A stretch of DNA of 64,000 bases, taken from contig MU055600.1 in the NCBI GenBank assembly GCA_013239625.1, forward strand, positions 21,653,520-21,717,519. The letters are read 5' to 3'. The DNA is from Lama guanicoe. Lineage: Eukaryota. Under the pieces are notes generated by a model. That model made no database searches and was not told the origin of the DNA. It saw only the letters and a list, made by a program, of their open reading frames with translations. Positions within the stretch are counted from its first letter, which is position 1. Every line of letters starts with the position of its first letter. Shown one piece after another: positions 39,863-54,114 of the stretch. The translations under genes were made by a program, and so were the position numbers.

Positions 39863-41127
39863 CTACCGAGGGAATAAGGGGTCAGTTACTGTCTCCACAG
39901 CAGCCATCCCACAGCAACACGCTCAGTCCAGAGTACGTGACGGTGAGTCGTACCCTAGACATCCTCTGCTTGTAATATTTCATTGTATTAAAAACTAAAC
40001 CTTAACCAGCTCAAAAAAAGCAGGTTAAATGTGACCCTAACAAATAAACTCTGAATTCAGTGCCAAATAAGCATTCTGTGAGTTTATTCAGGGAGCTACC
40101 ATAGAGGTTATGAAGCACGCAAGTCACATTTGTCAGTCTTCCTTTGCCTGATAAAACCAAGGCAGGTGGTGCCTTAGAAATTCGTCTCATTTAGAGCAAA
40201 TCGAGCAGAAGCTTGGCACATGTGCAGACGTGAAACTAGTAGCACTGAATGACATCACAAAAGGTTAAAGTGGATACAGACAACTGACACTTTGAAACAA
40301 ATGGGAAAGTAGCTAGCCTACAAATTGTTTAAATAAAAGTGGATACACTGACACCTGCTCTCAGTCTAATGGTTTTCCAAATGTAGCTGTTCCTCTCGTA
40401 ATCTCCAATTAGATACACGCACAAAAGCTAAATATACAACACAGGGTTTCATATTATTTACGTCTTGACAGGCCCTAATGAAGACAACACTGAAATCATT
40501 TAGCTTAAGAGCAAAACCACCAACTCGGGAACAAGATACTAGTACCAGAGACGGCAGACTCAGCTCTGGCACAAACGCAGCCTGTGATGCCGGCTGTCCT
40601 CGGTCTTCAGTCTCAGCAGGGCAAGACCCGAGGAACCCCAAAGGGCAGTCTGTAACGCTGGAGGAACAGCAGTACAGATGCCGCTCCCTATAACCAGCGA
40701 TGGGAGGTCTGTGAGTGTGAGTTATGCAGACAGTGGCTCTAGGCTCCACTCTGCACAGATCACCGAGACACAGACGGGAGACTGCTAACGCCCCACGTCA
40801 AGTGCCCGAGGGCACGTGTAGGGACGCTTCCTAATTCAGGTAAGGCCCTTCCCAGAATACAGCACAGAGCCAAGAGGTTACTGAAGCCAGGTCTAAGCTG
40901 AACAGCCTACTCGTGGTGTCTGCGCCCGCTGGTTTCCCTAGCACAGCCACACTCCTGGTAATAACAGAACTACTCTGAGTCCAGCTGCACGACACACAAG
41001 TTATACTTCATTCTGAAAACAAAAGCATGCTTCATCCCCGCTTGTAGTTGAGAAAACTAAGGCTCCCTGATGCGAAGTGACTTCCCCAGAGCAAGGCAGC
41101 TGAGGAGGGACTCTCTTCACTACTTAC

Positions 41128-41298
41128 TTAGGCTTTATGGGGTCAAACAGCGCCTCCTCCAAGAGATCATATATGTAATTATTATATATTTCAATATAAG
41201 AGACAAAGACACCGTAGACACTGTCTTCATCAACGTCTTGTGCTTTGCAGAATTCTTGTACATTTATCATATCTGCAAACTCTGGATCTACTTGTCGT
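41128..41298 (-). CDS. KIF23: KIF23 exon 7
   Basis: [56 protein letters not shown](K). Confidence 0.96.
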
Positions 41299-41715
41299 CT
41301 GCAAACAGGGGGAAAAAAAGCCCAAAAGTCTCACCTTACACATTGCAAGTCAACACTAGAAGTCAGTGATCCCAAGGGGAAACCAAACGACCTGCTATTA
41401 GCAGCAGAAATGCCCAGAGTGGCTTTGTTCACACTCGTGGCTGGGCCAGCAGCTCTCCCACGTCCTCCCCAACACACAGCTCAGGCTTCACACCCTCTCC
41501 CACCCAGGACGGCCCCTTCTCTAAACAGTGATTCCAGGGCAGCATGTGCAAAACCAAACAGAGCATCTGAGCAAAGAAACGTACTTAAGGACGTCCCTCA
41601 ACTTCGATCTCACTCGAGTCAGCTGTCACACCAGCTGCTTCGCCTCGTGCCCCCCCCCCCAGTCCCTGAGCCTGAGACCACTGGACGCCAGTGCTGCACA
41701 GACACAACCACTCAC

Positions 41716-41825
41716 TTGCTAGAGGGGGTCTTCGGGTTGGGCGTGGCTTCTCTTTTCTGCCGCTCTAGTAAGGCGTCGACTTCACACTGTATGTCCATGC
41801 TGTTCCTGTCATTAGACTTGAAGAC
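41716..41825 (-). CDS. KIF23: KIF23 exon 6
   Basis: [36 protein letters not shown](K). Confidence 0.95.
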
Positions 41826-41973
41826 CTGAAGGGGGGCGAAATCAGACTGTGACTTTTAGACTTTGACTTAAATAGTAAAAAAAAAAAAAAAAAATGTATT
41901 TAAGAAGTAAGAAACAGTTAATATTCAAACATATTTAAGGTTCAAAACATATCTGATGCCTTAGTTCTCCCTA

Positions 41974-42204
<231 letters not shown>

Positions 42205-42332
42205 TCAAAGTCACACAGGGGTCTATCTTAAAGTCTTCCACTTGTATTTCTTTAGTGTATTAAAAAACACTCGAAATTAACTAGTTCAAAAGGCAGATTT
42301 AATACCACCTAGACAAATTAGCCCTGAGTTCA

Positions 42333-42569
<237 letters not shown>

Positions 42570-44029
42570 CTAGAAATGCATCTGCTTAAACATATCCAAG
42601 TGTTTCTTTTGAACATTTAGATCCAGGTATGCGAAGGAAAAACATGAATAGTCTTTAAACTTGGAACCTTTAAAAAAGTCAAAACGGACCTAAACCATAC
42701 TAGTTATAAACCGGTCAATGTTTACAGTTATAACTCCTGAAGAGAATACAGAAAGGTCTTAGGTACACCAATGCTTCACAGACTACGGCTGATTTTGTCT
42801 TAATTAAGTGACAAGATTAAAAAGTAGTACTATCCAGTCACGACGTGAAAATCCTCAGCCATTACTTCATACACTCTTACTGCTTTCTGCTTTTTCTTTA
42901 TAAAGGTGTCATTTAAAATGGCATAGCAATACAAAAGTGTTTGGATGTACTGTTCTCTTAAAACTAGAAATTAACTGTAAACATAATCTCATCTGAGTTA
43001 ATATGAAATAATTCTTTTTAATTGTGACTTTTAAAAAAGCAATATTTCAATTATCAAGTCTCTTTCAAAATATGACTGTTATAAAGTATAACCATGTTAT
43101 CAAAAATATTACCCAACTCTTACTTGGAAAATAAGATTGGGGGTTGGGGTATATAAAGTACTCCAGGTGTCCAGGGACTGGAGTTCTTTCTTTCTCTGCT
43201 GTTTCCTCGTTTTGCTAGGTTGCACACATTGCAACTGCTCCTGCGGGTTTCCTGAATTTCCTGCAGGTTTTGCTCCATGATGCCTCGGCTAAGTTATCTG
43301 GTGCGTGAGGACTCGCCAGAATTTATTATGGATTATAGCCTTTGTCATGAGGCCTCCCTTTTTCCTGTTTTACACCCTTTAATTTCAACCTGCTCAGACA
43401 TCAGTATCATGACCCTTATGTTTTTAAAATTAGCAGTTTCATCCCCCAAAAAGAGACATGTGTAGGTTAGGACTTAAATACATAAGAGTAATAACAACAG
43501 CTGACACTTAGCACCAACCACAGCCCAGGCACTGCCTTGGCTTGGCCATGAGTCATTTCACTTTTATAACCTCTGATGTAGGCACTGTTAACTATTATGG
43601 CTCACTTTATAACTTGTTAAAGACCCCACACCTACTTCAGCTCGGCTAACTCTCACCTTTGCAGAATTTTTACTCCCAGCCTGTAAAACAGCTTTAGAGT
43701 TCACAAAAAGAACTGGAAGGGCAGACAGGGTGGTGCCGACAGGTCGGTCAGACAACCTCCAAGTCCTCATGAACAGACCCTCCCCTTTTCCAGGTGAAGA
43801 AGACTTGGGCAAGCAGGAACTTGCCCCAGCCTGCGGAGCTAATCAGTGTCAAAGCCATTTCCATTCCAACACCCAGCGCTGCCCTGTCACAAGGCGGTGA
43901 GGGCTTCGAATCCCCCCAAACCTTGCGTACTGCTTATACATCCTTGAAATGAACCCTGGTAAAGAAGTAAAAGTCAGTCAGTCAGTTCTCAACTATTTCA
44001 CATCCTCAGAGGCCTGCTCCTCCGTGAAG

Positions 44030-45500
44030 CTTCATTCATTCATGTCTAACGCACACTTACGAAGTGGTAAACAGGACACATGAGGTGCGTGTGCCCAGAA
44101 GTACCTCCGACCCCAGGGAGAGAGACGGCAGACAAGTAGATAAACACACAGACTGCACAAGTGCTATTGAGGGCGCACAGAGTAGGCAGGCACAGACCAG
44201 GAGGGACCTGGGGGGTGCATGTCTAGGGAGGGTGGTCTGGACACACCGGGAGGAGTGATACTTAAACTGAAACCCACAGACGAGGAGCCATCGTGCTGAG
44301 AGCCGAGAGAGCCCTAAGGCAGGATTCCAGCCTGTCCAGGGACGCAGGACTGGACGAGCACTACAGGCTGAGGTGGAGGGTGAGGCAGCAAGCAGACTGA
44401 GCAGGATTTTGCCCATTAAAACCCTGGCTCCTTAGAAGGTTCTGAACAGGGAAAAGGGGAGATGTGATTTCTGCTTTACAAGGCAACTCTGGCTGCTCTG
44501 TGGAAGCGGTTCAGAGAAGATGCGGAGTGGAAGCAGGGGGCCCAGCTGGCTCCGGCAGCCTTGTCAGCGCCACTCGGAGTGTGGTCAGCAGGCCAGAGCC
44601 CCCCGAGAGCTGTCTGTCTCCAGTCCAGGGAGGTTATTACAGGGACGGAGAGCAAATGCTCAGAACCTTTGCAGCCATGTCACGTGGCGGCGGCATCCCA
44701 GCGTGTGACCAGTGGGCTTGTGTCACCGCACAGGGCACAAGCCATCCTGTTTAACTCGCCCGACAGCTGTCGTCTAACAGACCCTTGTGGCAAAGCTGCA
44801 CAGAAGTATCAGTCACAGTGCATCAGAAATGAAAACCGCTGCTCCTTTACCAGACAGTGTGAGAAGCACTGGACTCCGTGATTGAGCACAGGCTCAGACG
44901 AGGGTGGTGGCAGTGGAGACACAAATAAAGGGATAGTGTCACGATACACCCTGGAGCAGAAGTGATGGGACCTACTGATGGAGGGAACGTGAGGGGGACA
45001 AGAGAAAGGTAGGGACGAGGTTCTGGGCTTGAGCAGACAGACAGGTGGTGGTGTTACCTACTGCGAAGAGAAGACAAGGGAGGAAGTGATCTAGAGGGGA
45101 AAAAACCAAGAGTTCTTTCGGACATGTAAAATTTGAGATGCCTACGTAACATCCAAGGAGTGGATGTTCAAGCCTAGAGTGAGAGGAAAAGTTTAGGCTG
45201 GAGATTAAAGTTCCAGCGTTATTACCATAGAAACGTTTAAAGCCACGGAAAAGAACACATGGAGAAGAGAGCCCTGGATGTAGCCCACCCTGGTGTCTAG
45301 AGGCTGGAAAAGGAGGCAGGGCCGCAGAGGCCGGCCAGTGAAAGAACGTGAGCTGGAGGGGAGAGGAGACTGCTGCTGAGAAACAGACCATAATGAGGAC
45401 AAGGAATGTCCATCACATTTAGCAGCAAAGAGGCCACTGCTGGGCTGTTGTCTGGCAGCCTCTCCGGAGCAGTGTGCACAAGAGTGGAGGCAGCGCGAAA
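44030..45500. mobile_element. LINE-2 remnant
   Basis: cattcattcattcat end; ggacatgtaaaatttgagatgcc..catccaaggagtggatgt; ctggagattaaag are typical L2 text. Confidence 0.7.
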
Positions 45501-46045
45501 GGAGAGGACAGCCTGGATGAGTCCTTTCTTCTGCACTCAGAGTCCTCTGCTTTAAGCACACCTGTCCTTCCGTCTTACTTACGACGGCTACTTGTTTAGC
45601 ATCTGTGTCATAAGGTCCACAAAGGCAAGGAAGGACTGTGTCTCGCTCATTTTTGAAAATCTCCTCCCACCCTCCGGCTTAGCACATGTTTGTTGAATTG
45701 AACTCTTTTTGCTTAACATTTTACTACAAATAAAAACACTTCATCAGAGGTTGATACGTGTGTGAAGTGCCTATTAAATGTGATTTCTGTCTCCATATAT
45801 GAAACTACATACGTATGTAACTGACTAGCAGTCACATGTCATTCCACAACAAGCTATTCCTGACATATGCTCTAAGAAGCAGTAAATATCCAGTGCAGGA
45901 AGTCCTCTGAAAGCAGTCTTCTACCCCAGAACACCAAAGGTGTGTCTGCACGACCCAGAAATTAGAAACACTTTAGATATGGGAGTTACAGTGAAGGAAG
46001 TCAGTCTTTCAAAAAAGTGGAAGCACACGAATTTTGTTAAATTTA

Positions 46046-46300
<255 letters not shown>

Positions 46301-47243
46301 TCATTCAACAAACATTTGGTCTCTAAATTGAAGAGATCTACATATAAGCTTAGAGCAATGAAAGCCAAAACCTGCTACCCAATTTGCTCATGGTCAAATG
46401 CAAACAGGTGTTAGATATGAGATAATTTTAAACGCACATAAAATTAAAACTCTCTCTAAAAATCAGTAACGTATCACACAATGAGAATTACTTGAAAAGC
46501 TATTAGGATTCTTTGGAACTGGATGTCAGTTAAAACTTGACAGCTTAACACCTAATGAGTAAGGGGCAGGTCTGCCGTGCAGTGCAGTCTTCTTCATCAG
46601 TGAGAGTGGAGGAGACCTGTTCAGCTGTGTGTGCGGCGCACCTGGCTCCCTCAGCGCAGCCCAGACATACTTCAGTGTGAGTGAGGGGAGGCCCGGAGGA
46701 CCCCAGGGCAGACCAGCCTTCTTCTGTTTGCCATTTGCTTTTTAAAGTCCCCAAGCCTGAAACTAGTGGAGCACATGTGACTGAGTAGTCATGATATGAG
46801 TTAAACTGTTCTGTGCCAGAGTCTCTGTGAAACGTGGTCCCCAGGAGCATGGAGTCTGGGCTCTCCTCAAGAAGCATGCCCTGAGCCACTAGACAACTGT
46901 CCTGGACAGGAGAGGGTGTTCATCCAAGCAGGTTCCCCACAGCCCAGAGAGGATGAACGAATCTCCAAGACAGTCAAAGAATATGCTGCATCATCTAACT
47001 TTCCACATTATAAGCAGTCACAGAAGTATGCAGGTGACAACCAAAGACTTCCTTTTACTGGACCAATGAACCCTGCATAGAAACAAGATCTCAAAGCTGG
47101 AGCCAGGCCTCCGGAATTTAGTGCAGGCCTTTTAGCTCAATGTTCTTTGATTCCATTTCCACATCACCCTCCCTTCCAAGCACATGTACAAGACATAAAA
47201 GGATTAAAGAGAGCACACACACACGTTCACAGGGAGCCCTTAC

Positions 47244-47313
47244 CCCGACGGGGTCCTTCAGACTTGTCTGGGATCCTTTTTTCACTGGTAGTTTCCTAGG
47301 TGTCTTAGTTCTC
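47244..47313 (-). CDS. KIF23: KIF23 exon 2
   Basis: RTKTPRKLPVKKGSQTSLKDPVG; cag| and |gtaagg. Confidence 0.95.
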
Positions 47314-47556
47314 CTGGACATAGACACAGACACATTTCAGTGCATCACTAACGTACAAAAACCTCACCTACCATTCAGAGAAAACCCTCCTAGGGTTTAT
47401 AAAATTATTCTTTAGTGGCTCCCAACTACCATACCCCAAATAACACAAGTGAGAATAAACTGCAGTAGTAGAAGAGTTTGTGGCATGTGTAATCCAAAAG
47501 TAATGAAAATTTGGCTTAGGAGGTGCTCTTGGTACTATAGGTACCTGTTAAGGCTT

Positions 47557-47929
47557 TGTTAAAAGAGACAACAGGCTAAACTGGGATCACCTGGGCTAAG
47601 CCCCAGGTCATCAGACTCAGTACCTCAATCCACCTCTCCTGGGAGGAGAAACTTAGGTCAGTCTGGAATCACCTGGTCAGCGCTAGTGAGGCAATCTGCC
47701 TGACAGGCCCCTGCCGTCCACTAACGGATGCTCACCTGGCCACTAGTGATCTCCTCCTTGCTAGTGTAACTCCCACGTCCCACCCCCTTCTGCCTAGAAA
47801 AGTCTTCCACTTTTACAGCTCCTCAGCTCATCTCTCTACCTGCTGGATGGGATGCTGCCCGATTCATGAATTGTTAAAGCCAATAAGATCTTTAAAATTT
47901 GCTCAGTTGCATTCTGGTTTTTTTAAACA
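47557..47929 (+). mobile_element. Solo LTR (ERV-like), antisense in KIF23 intron 1
   Basis: TG...CA ends with imperfect terminal inverted repeat TGTTAAAA/TTTTAAACA; polyA-like signal near the 3' end; no clean TSD. Confidence 0.6.
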
Positions 47930-48810
47930 TCTATTTATAGTTCTATATGGAAAACAGCTTCCTTATTTTCCTGAGCAACAGTTTTACAGAGACTACAAAT
48001 CTGAAAACTCCACAGGTAACTGATCACGCCCAACTCGAAAGGCATCTACGTAGGCGCACAGGCACACGCTGTGCCAGCAGTCCATCACCAAGGCAGACTG
48101 ACAAGGGGTTAATGAATGATTAAAATGCAGATGGAGGAATGCATTCTTTCACCAAGATTTACGTCTTTACTTTCAAGAAACAAGTGATTACTGCATTCTC
48201 AAAACTGTCATCCTTTGTCCCCAAGCAGAATGTGGTCCCCAAACTGCAATTTCTTGCTCTTAAGTCGGGACAGTAGAAAAAGGTAACTTTATTTCACCGT
48301 TTCCCTAGCATGCCACACCCCCTTCCTCCCGTCTATCTGGACTAGACAAACACGTAACACTGAAATTAAGTGAAATTATTGGCTTGGACTGTAAATTAAA
48401 ATACTCTCCCATACTTTACCAGATAAAACAAGCACAATATTATGGTAGGTTTACTAAATTCAACATTTCCCCCCCAAAGACAAAGACTTCGACTCTGGCC
48501 TGTTGCAGACGACTAGCGACGTGACGGTGATAATCACGACGACGTCACGGGGCTCTGCGCGCCTACCTCCCCCCGGCCGCAGGCGAGGGGCCGGGAGAGC
48601 GGCCGCGCGTCTGCGCCCGGAGGGCCGGGAGCGCCCGGGGCGCCGCGCCCGAGCCGGGGGCCCCCGGGCAGAGGCCGCCTCCCTGCTCACCCGAGCCGGG
48701 TCCGCTCCCGACTCGGGGCGACTCCCCGGCCCAGGAGGCCCGACTCCGGCAGCGGGCGCCGGGCGGGGTCTCCGCCGGCGGGCTCCCCCTACTCCGCGCC
48801 CCGTACTCAC

Positions 48811-48821
48811 GCCGGCTTCAT
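48811..48821 (-). CDS. KIF23: KIF23 exon 1 (11 nt)
   Basis: GCCGCCGCCATG Kozak; ATG AAG CCG GC|GTGAGT. Confidence 0.92.
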
Positions 48822-48976
48822 GGCGGCGGCTCCGCGCTGCGCAGACGCGCGGGACGCCGGGCTCGGCGGGCAGGCGACGACGGCGGACGCGGGCAACCGG
48901 ACGCGGCGGCTCAGCGTGGCGCTCCGTGAAGCCCGGAGACGCCGCGGCGGCCCAGGTGAGCTCGCGCCCGGCGCAT

Positions 48977-49040
48977 TTCAAACGGGCCAATCAGCGCCCG
49001 CCGCGGGGAAGGGGCGGGGCCTCGGAGGGGAGGGGCGGGG
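48977..49040 (-). promoter_or_regulatory. KIF23 G2/M promoter: CHR element, CCAAT box, two GC boxes
   Basis: TTTGAA at 48982-48977 (CHR, bound by DREAM/MMB), CCAAT 48987-48991, GGGGCGGGG at 49011 and 49032. Confidence 0.85.
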
Positions 49041-49689
49041 CCTTGGGGGCGCGCCCGCTCCGCCGGAAACGGCGCTCGTCTCCTAGGCGACCGACGCTGG
49101 AAGGGCGCGGGCCGTCTGAGCCGCGGGGCTGCGGGCTTGCGCAGGCAGCCGGGCTCCGATATTAGGCCACAGAGCCCTTCCATTTCCGATGGGGAGACTG
49201 CGGGTTTCCCTGCCCGCAGCGCAGGAAGCTCAGTGGAGGGGCGAGGCCGGGGCTGGCCCAGCGCTGAGCAATGCCGTCCCGGCGCGGCGCCCCGCGCGGT
49301 CCCAGGCTCGCCGGCCTCCAGGCCGGCGCAGCGCCTCGGCGTCCCGCCTCTCCCCATCGCCTGTCCTGGGACCTGCCTCTCTGATTTCGCCAGCTCTTTC
49401 CTCGATACGCGTTGCTTCACCAAAGTCTTCACAGTGCTTGATCCTGAGCGTACCGATATGAGTAAAATGCGGTGCTTGTCCTCGAGGAGCCCCGTCCCGA
49501 ACTACTCTTTTCAAGGATGAACTGATTCTGCCTCACTTCGACCTCTGCCCCTGAAGTGATGACTATCGAATACTCACCGACGTCTGTGCTCTCATGGAAC
49601 GCTAGCCCCATCTCCTCTGCTTCCTGCAGGACCACACACCAGTAAGGATGGACGTAATTAGTATCTCCTACCCATGTTGTTCAACATAA

Positions 49690-50300
49690 AGATGATTCCA
49701 GTCTCTGCAGCTACAAACATGGTTACAGTGAATAAACTTGGAAGCTCATCCTCTTACACAGAATTGCTGTGTCAAAGAGTATATGCATGCATAGTATTTC
49801 ACGGGTATTTCCAAATGTAAAGGTCCAAATGTACCATCGCACCAGCCACGTATGAGAGCACGTGTTTCTCTACCATTCTCAGACAGCAAAGTGCTACCAA
49901 ACTTTTCTGTAGATGTTGATCTAATAGAGGAAAACACATCGCTAATTTTTTTCCTCTTATGAATGAGGTTGGGTCTGTTCATATGCTCAAGGGCCACTTG
50001 TGTTTCTCTCTCTATGAACCATGTTTGTATCCTTTGCTTCCTTGTTATATTGGGTTGTTAATTTTTCTTATTGATTGTAAAAGCTTTTCACATATGAAGG
50101 AAATTGGTCCTCATCCAAAATCTGAGTTCAAATATTTTTATAGTAGCCAAATTTATGAGGCTTTTCTTTTGTGGCTTCTGTTTTGTGTCATACTAGAAAA
50201 AGTCTTCCCTGCTCAAGATAATTTTTTTTATCTTATACTTTTTCCTAATGCTTTCATTGATTTGTCTTTTATGTTTAAGTCTTTGAACCATTAGAACTTT
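49690..50300 (-). mobile_element. Old L1M fragment
   Basis: atgaatgaggttgggtctgttcatatg..ggccacttgtgtttc; tttaagtctttgaaccatt. Confidence 0.65.
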
Positions 50301-50349
50301 GTTATTAAATGAAAGGCTGGAATCTATATTATTTAGGAATTGGGCTGGG

Positions 50350-51130
50350 CTGCTGGTTACTCTGCAGTCTGGCTTTGGCCTCAGTCTCTCCAGTGGAACT
50401 CTTCTCACCAAGGTCAAAACCTCCTTGATGCTAAGACTATTTGACCCTACCACACCCTTATCTTACTTACCTCTTAACATACTAAAAAGTATTTCCCATT
50501 CCTCTCTTCTTGTGCCCTTGTTGTTTCTCCCAGCATGCCAGCCCTTCTTTCTCAGCCTCTTTTGTGAGTTCTTTTTTTCTCCCTTAAATGTTGTGACTTA
50601 GAGTTTTGACCTGGTAGTTACTAGCCACACCCTCTTCCCAGGCACCCCCAGCCACTCCTATGGCTTCACACACGATTCACATTTGCTCTTCTGAGCTCCA
50701 GACCCGTATGTCCAACAGCCTATTGAATTCTCCACCTGCATGCCCCATAGGCGCCTCACACCTAACACATCCTAATTTCTTCCCCTGAACGTGTTCTCCC
50801 TCAGTGGATGGCATCACCATCTATCCACCACCGAAGCTGAGTGTCAGGTACCATCTTTGACTTGTGCCTCTCCTTCTGTTCCACCACTCAACTTGACAGC
50901 CCTACCGCCTAAATAGCCTTCAAATCTCCCCCATTCCCTCCATTCCCTTGGCCACCATCCCTCTTGTCTGAGTGACTGCAGCAGCCTCCTAGCAGGCTTC
51001 CTGCTGCTGTCTTCCAGTCAAGGCTCCATTTTGCCACCAGCCCACCACTAAATCACAGATCCAATCACGTCGACCCCTGCTTGTAACTTTGGTAGCTCCC
51101 ACTGTTGGAGACCCACACAGGCCCTGCGAC
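50350..51130. mobile_element. LINE-2 remnant (opposite orientation to the 44-45 kb copy)
   Basis: ctgagctccagacccgtatgtccaacagcctattgaattctccacct..ggcatcaccatctatccac. Confidence 0.7.
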
Positions 51131-51769
51131 TCTTCTTTCCCCAGCTCATCACCTGTCCCTTCCCCTTGCACCCCTTCAGCCTCGATGAGCTGTGAGGCCC
51201 CGAGCACCCTGGGCTCACACCCCACTCCCTCTGCTGTCAAGCACTCCTCCTTCCCTTCCTCTGACAATGGCTCCTTACCCTCAGTTCCCAGCAGATCTTC
51301 TGCCAACAACCCTGCCCTGGAAGCCGGACCCCTGCTCTCTGTCCACAGCCCCCTGCTCTCCCCTGGTCACCAAGCCTGTTGATTTGCTTTGGAGCCGCAT
51401 CCCAATTTGCAGTCACTGCTTTCAGTCCCCTCTCCCAGCTTATCCCCACGTCCTCACCGCTGCTTCCGGTGCCCAGCAGGGAAGGTTCTCCGCCAATGTT
51501 TGGAGGAATGAAAGCTCCCATCCCTTCACAGGACACCCCAGTCAAGGACACCACCCCCAGCCTTCAGACAGGTTTCTTCTTCCTCCTTCACTTCTATCCT
51601 CATTAAAGCTCACTGACTTAATTTTTTAAATGCCAATTTGTTGTATCGTTTCTCCACTCAAAAATGGTCAAGCACTCCCCATAGCCAGTAAAAGATTTGC
51701 AATTTCCCCTAGAACTTGAGATCCAGACCGGAAAGGAGGGTAGGAGCAGAGGGTAAAACTGGGAGGCTT

Positions 51770-52400
51770 CTTAAAAGATCAGGTTTATTGAGGTGTAATT
51801 TACATACAGTAAAATTCACCCTTTTGTGCCGTCTGTGTATCTGACAAACACACACCGTCCTGTGACCACTGCCACAATCAAACACACAGTATTCCCGTCA
51901 CACAGAAAATTCCCTGTGCTGCCTCTGTCCCCAGCCACTGGCCACCACTTTCTGGATCTCCTTCCTTAGAGTTCTGTCTTTTCCAGAATGTCTTTCTTTT
52001 CTTTTCTTTTTTCTTTTTTTTCTGAGGGTAATTAGGGTTTTAAGAATTCAGTTTGTTAATGGAGGTGCTGGGGACTGGACCCAGGACCCTGTGCACGCTA
52101 AGCACACGCTCTACCACTGAGCTGCGCCCTCCCCGCAAGAGCGGCTCTGCTGTACCTCAGCTTGTGCTTCTGAGACCCGTCCACGTGCCGCGTCTGTCGG
52201 TAATTTCTCCCTTTTCTTGCGGAGAGGCGCCCCCCCCCCCCGAATGACGGTTATCCGTTCTCCAGCTGATGGACATCTAGGCTGCTTCTGCTTTTTGGCG
52301 ATTGTGAATGAAACTGGTGTGATTATTTGCATACAGTTATTTATGCAGACATTTCTGTTTCTCTGGTGGACTTGCTGGTCTCATGGTAAGTTCAACTTTA
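51770..52400 (-). mobile_element. L1M 3'-end fragment split by the SINE
   Basis: tttattgaggtgtaatttacatacagtaaaattcaccctttt and gatggacatctaggctgcttc are typical L1 3' UTR text. Confidence 0.75.
51992..52134 (-). mobile_element. tRNA-derived SINE (same family) inside an L1 fragment
   Basis: Minus strand: GGGGAGGGCGCAGCTCAGTGGTAGAGCGTGTGCTTAGCGTGCACAGGGTCCTGGGTCCAGTCCCCAGCACCTCC ... CCTAATTACCC plus A-rich tail. Confidence 0.85.
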
Positions 52401-53132
52401 GACTGGGGGGGGGGGGGTCTTGTGCAAATCACTGAAGAGGGGCTGACACTACCCAGACTGGAAACCATAATTAATCCAAACACTCCCTTAAAAAAGTCCA
52501 GCTGGGGGAACTGAGCCATGAAGCACCAGAAGTTACCAAAGCCCAGAGGGTTTGAGCGAAGGTGGTAACATGGAGACCAGAGGTCTGCGACACACCCAGC
52601 ACACCCAGCGCAGCCAAGGCCTCAAAGGCCTTGGCAGCGCAACCCCGCGTCCCCAGGCCTGGGCAGAGCTCTCCCAGGCCGCTTGTAAAATGAATGAGTG
52701 GGCATTAATGTTAATGTTATACATACTCAAAAAACAAATTAATAAAATCAAGCTTGGGGGAGGGTGTAAAACTGATACAGAAAACCCACGAACGATTGGA
52801 GCCACGTTGCAAGTGAATAACACACTCACAGAGAAAGGAGGCTATCCTTTCCCAGAGTTATTCAAACGGTTTCAACCGCAGCGTATGCCCTTGGGCTCAA
52901 GACAAGAAGAACTTGAAACACACATTGAATTCTAATTAGTAGGCCTTTTTGGAGACACGGGTTAGCAGTTCTGAATCGACATTCTGCACATTCCAGGACT
53001 GAGCAAGTAAACAAACACACTGCAGATAATGGAGCCACGTGTTCCGCTGGGAGAGCAGAGAGTTTCCTAAATATCTAATGCGACAAGGGTGAAGAATACC
53101 GGGGAATTCTTTGTACAATTTGGTGTTTTATC

Positions 53133-53164
53133 AAAAAAAAAAAAAAAAGAGAGAGAGAGAGAGA
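53133..53164. repeat. poly-A/(GA)n compound microsatellite
   Basis: A-run followed by gagagagagagagaga. Confidence 0.85.
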
Positions 53165-54089
53165 AGGAATGGTTGGCCTGTATCAGTGCTGCTTGAACTC
53201 CCTTATATTATTAAAAATCACCTGAGCTTTTGATAAAAATTCAGAACTCCAGGGCCACCTCCCCCACCTTCCTCCCCCAGCTAGTCTACACTTGAGAATG
53301 TGCATCTGACACCATCAAACAAGTTTTTGAAAGGCTGGACTGAATTATCTCTGAGGTTCCTTGTTCCATGCTCTGGAGGAGGCAGAACGTAAGCCCGTTT
53401 TAGACTTGACACAAAGAGAAGGTGTGGGACAGCTATTTTCCGAGGGGCACTTGTGGCAGAGGTGAAGAATTTATACAGGTACCAAGGGGCCGCAGGAAAG
53501 TCCCTTGGGCCGTCTCCTGGAAGGGTTCAGAAGAAAGTTTAGAAGTCATCCAGTCCAGCCACGCTCCTGCCTTCCGCAGCTACACATTTCAGGAATGAGT
53601 GGCCTGATTTCCAGCCTTCCAATAAGACACACACCTGCTGGCCTCAAGGCCTTTGCGCTTGCATCGATCTGAAGTACTCACCCCACATGCTGGCAAAGCT
53701 GGCTCATTTTCGCCCATCAAGTCTCTCCTCAAATGTCAGTTTATCGGAGCGACCATCCGATCTCGCCAGCCCTTCCCCATGCCTCCCTCTCCCCTCACCA
53801 GACTTGTTTTCTTGACAGCACGTACCATTATCTGAGTTTTTCTATGTCCCGTGTCCCACTGACTGCCCAGGGCACCAGCCTCACAAGGGAGGGCTGGTTT
53901 GGGCTTTGTTCACCCCGTACCGCCAGTCCCTAGGGCAGGGTTTGTCCTACAGGCACCAGGTACTAAGTGAACATTCGCCGACTGATTTAACAGTCCGCAC
54001 GCGTACGGGACTCTGCTGCCCACGACGAGGGAACGTGTTTGCAGTGTGCTCAGTGAAATGCACCCAAACCAGATGAGAACCAGGAGGCC

Positions 54090-54114
54090 TTTATTATCAT
54101 AAATAAATTTTATT
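54090..54114 (-). terminator. Tandem AATAAA signals, probable distal PAQR5 polyA site (3' UTR about 2.9 kb)
   Basis: AATAAA at 54114-54109 and 54095-54090 ending a repeat-poor stretch after the PAQR5 stop. Confidence 0.65.

Larger units (their letters stand above)
48500..49420. promoter_or_regulatory. CpG island over the KIF23 promoter and exon 1
   Basis: Very high GC and CpG density. Confidence 0.9.
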
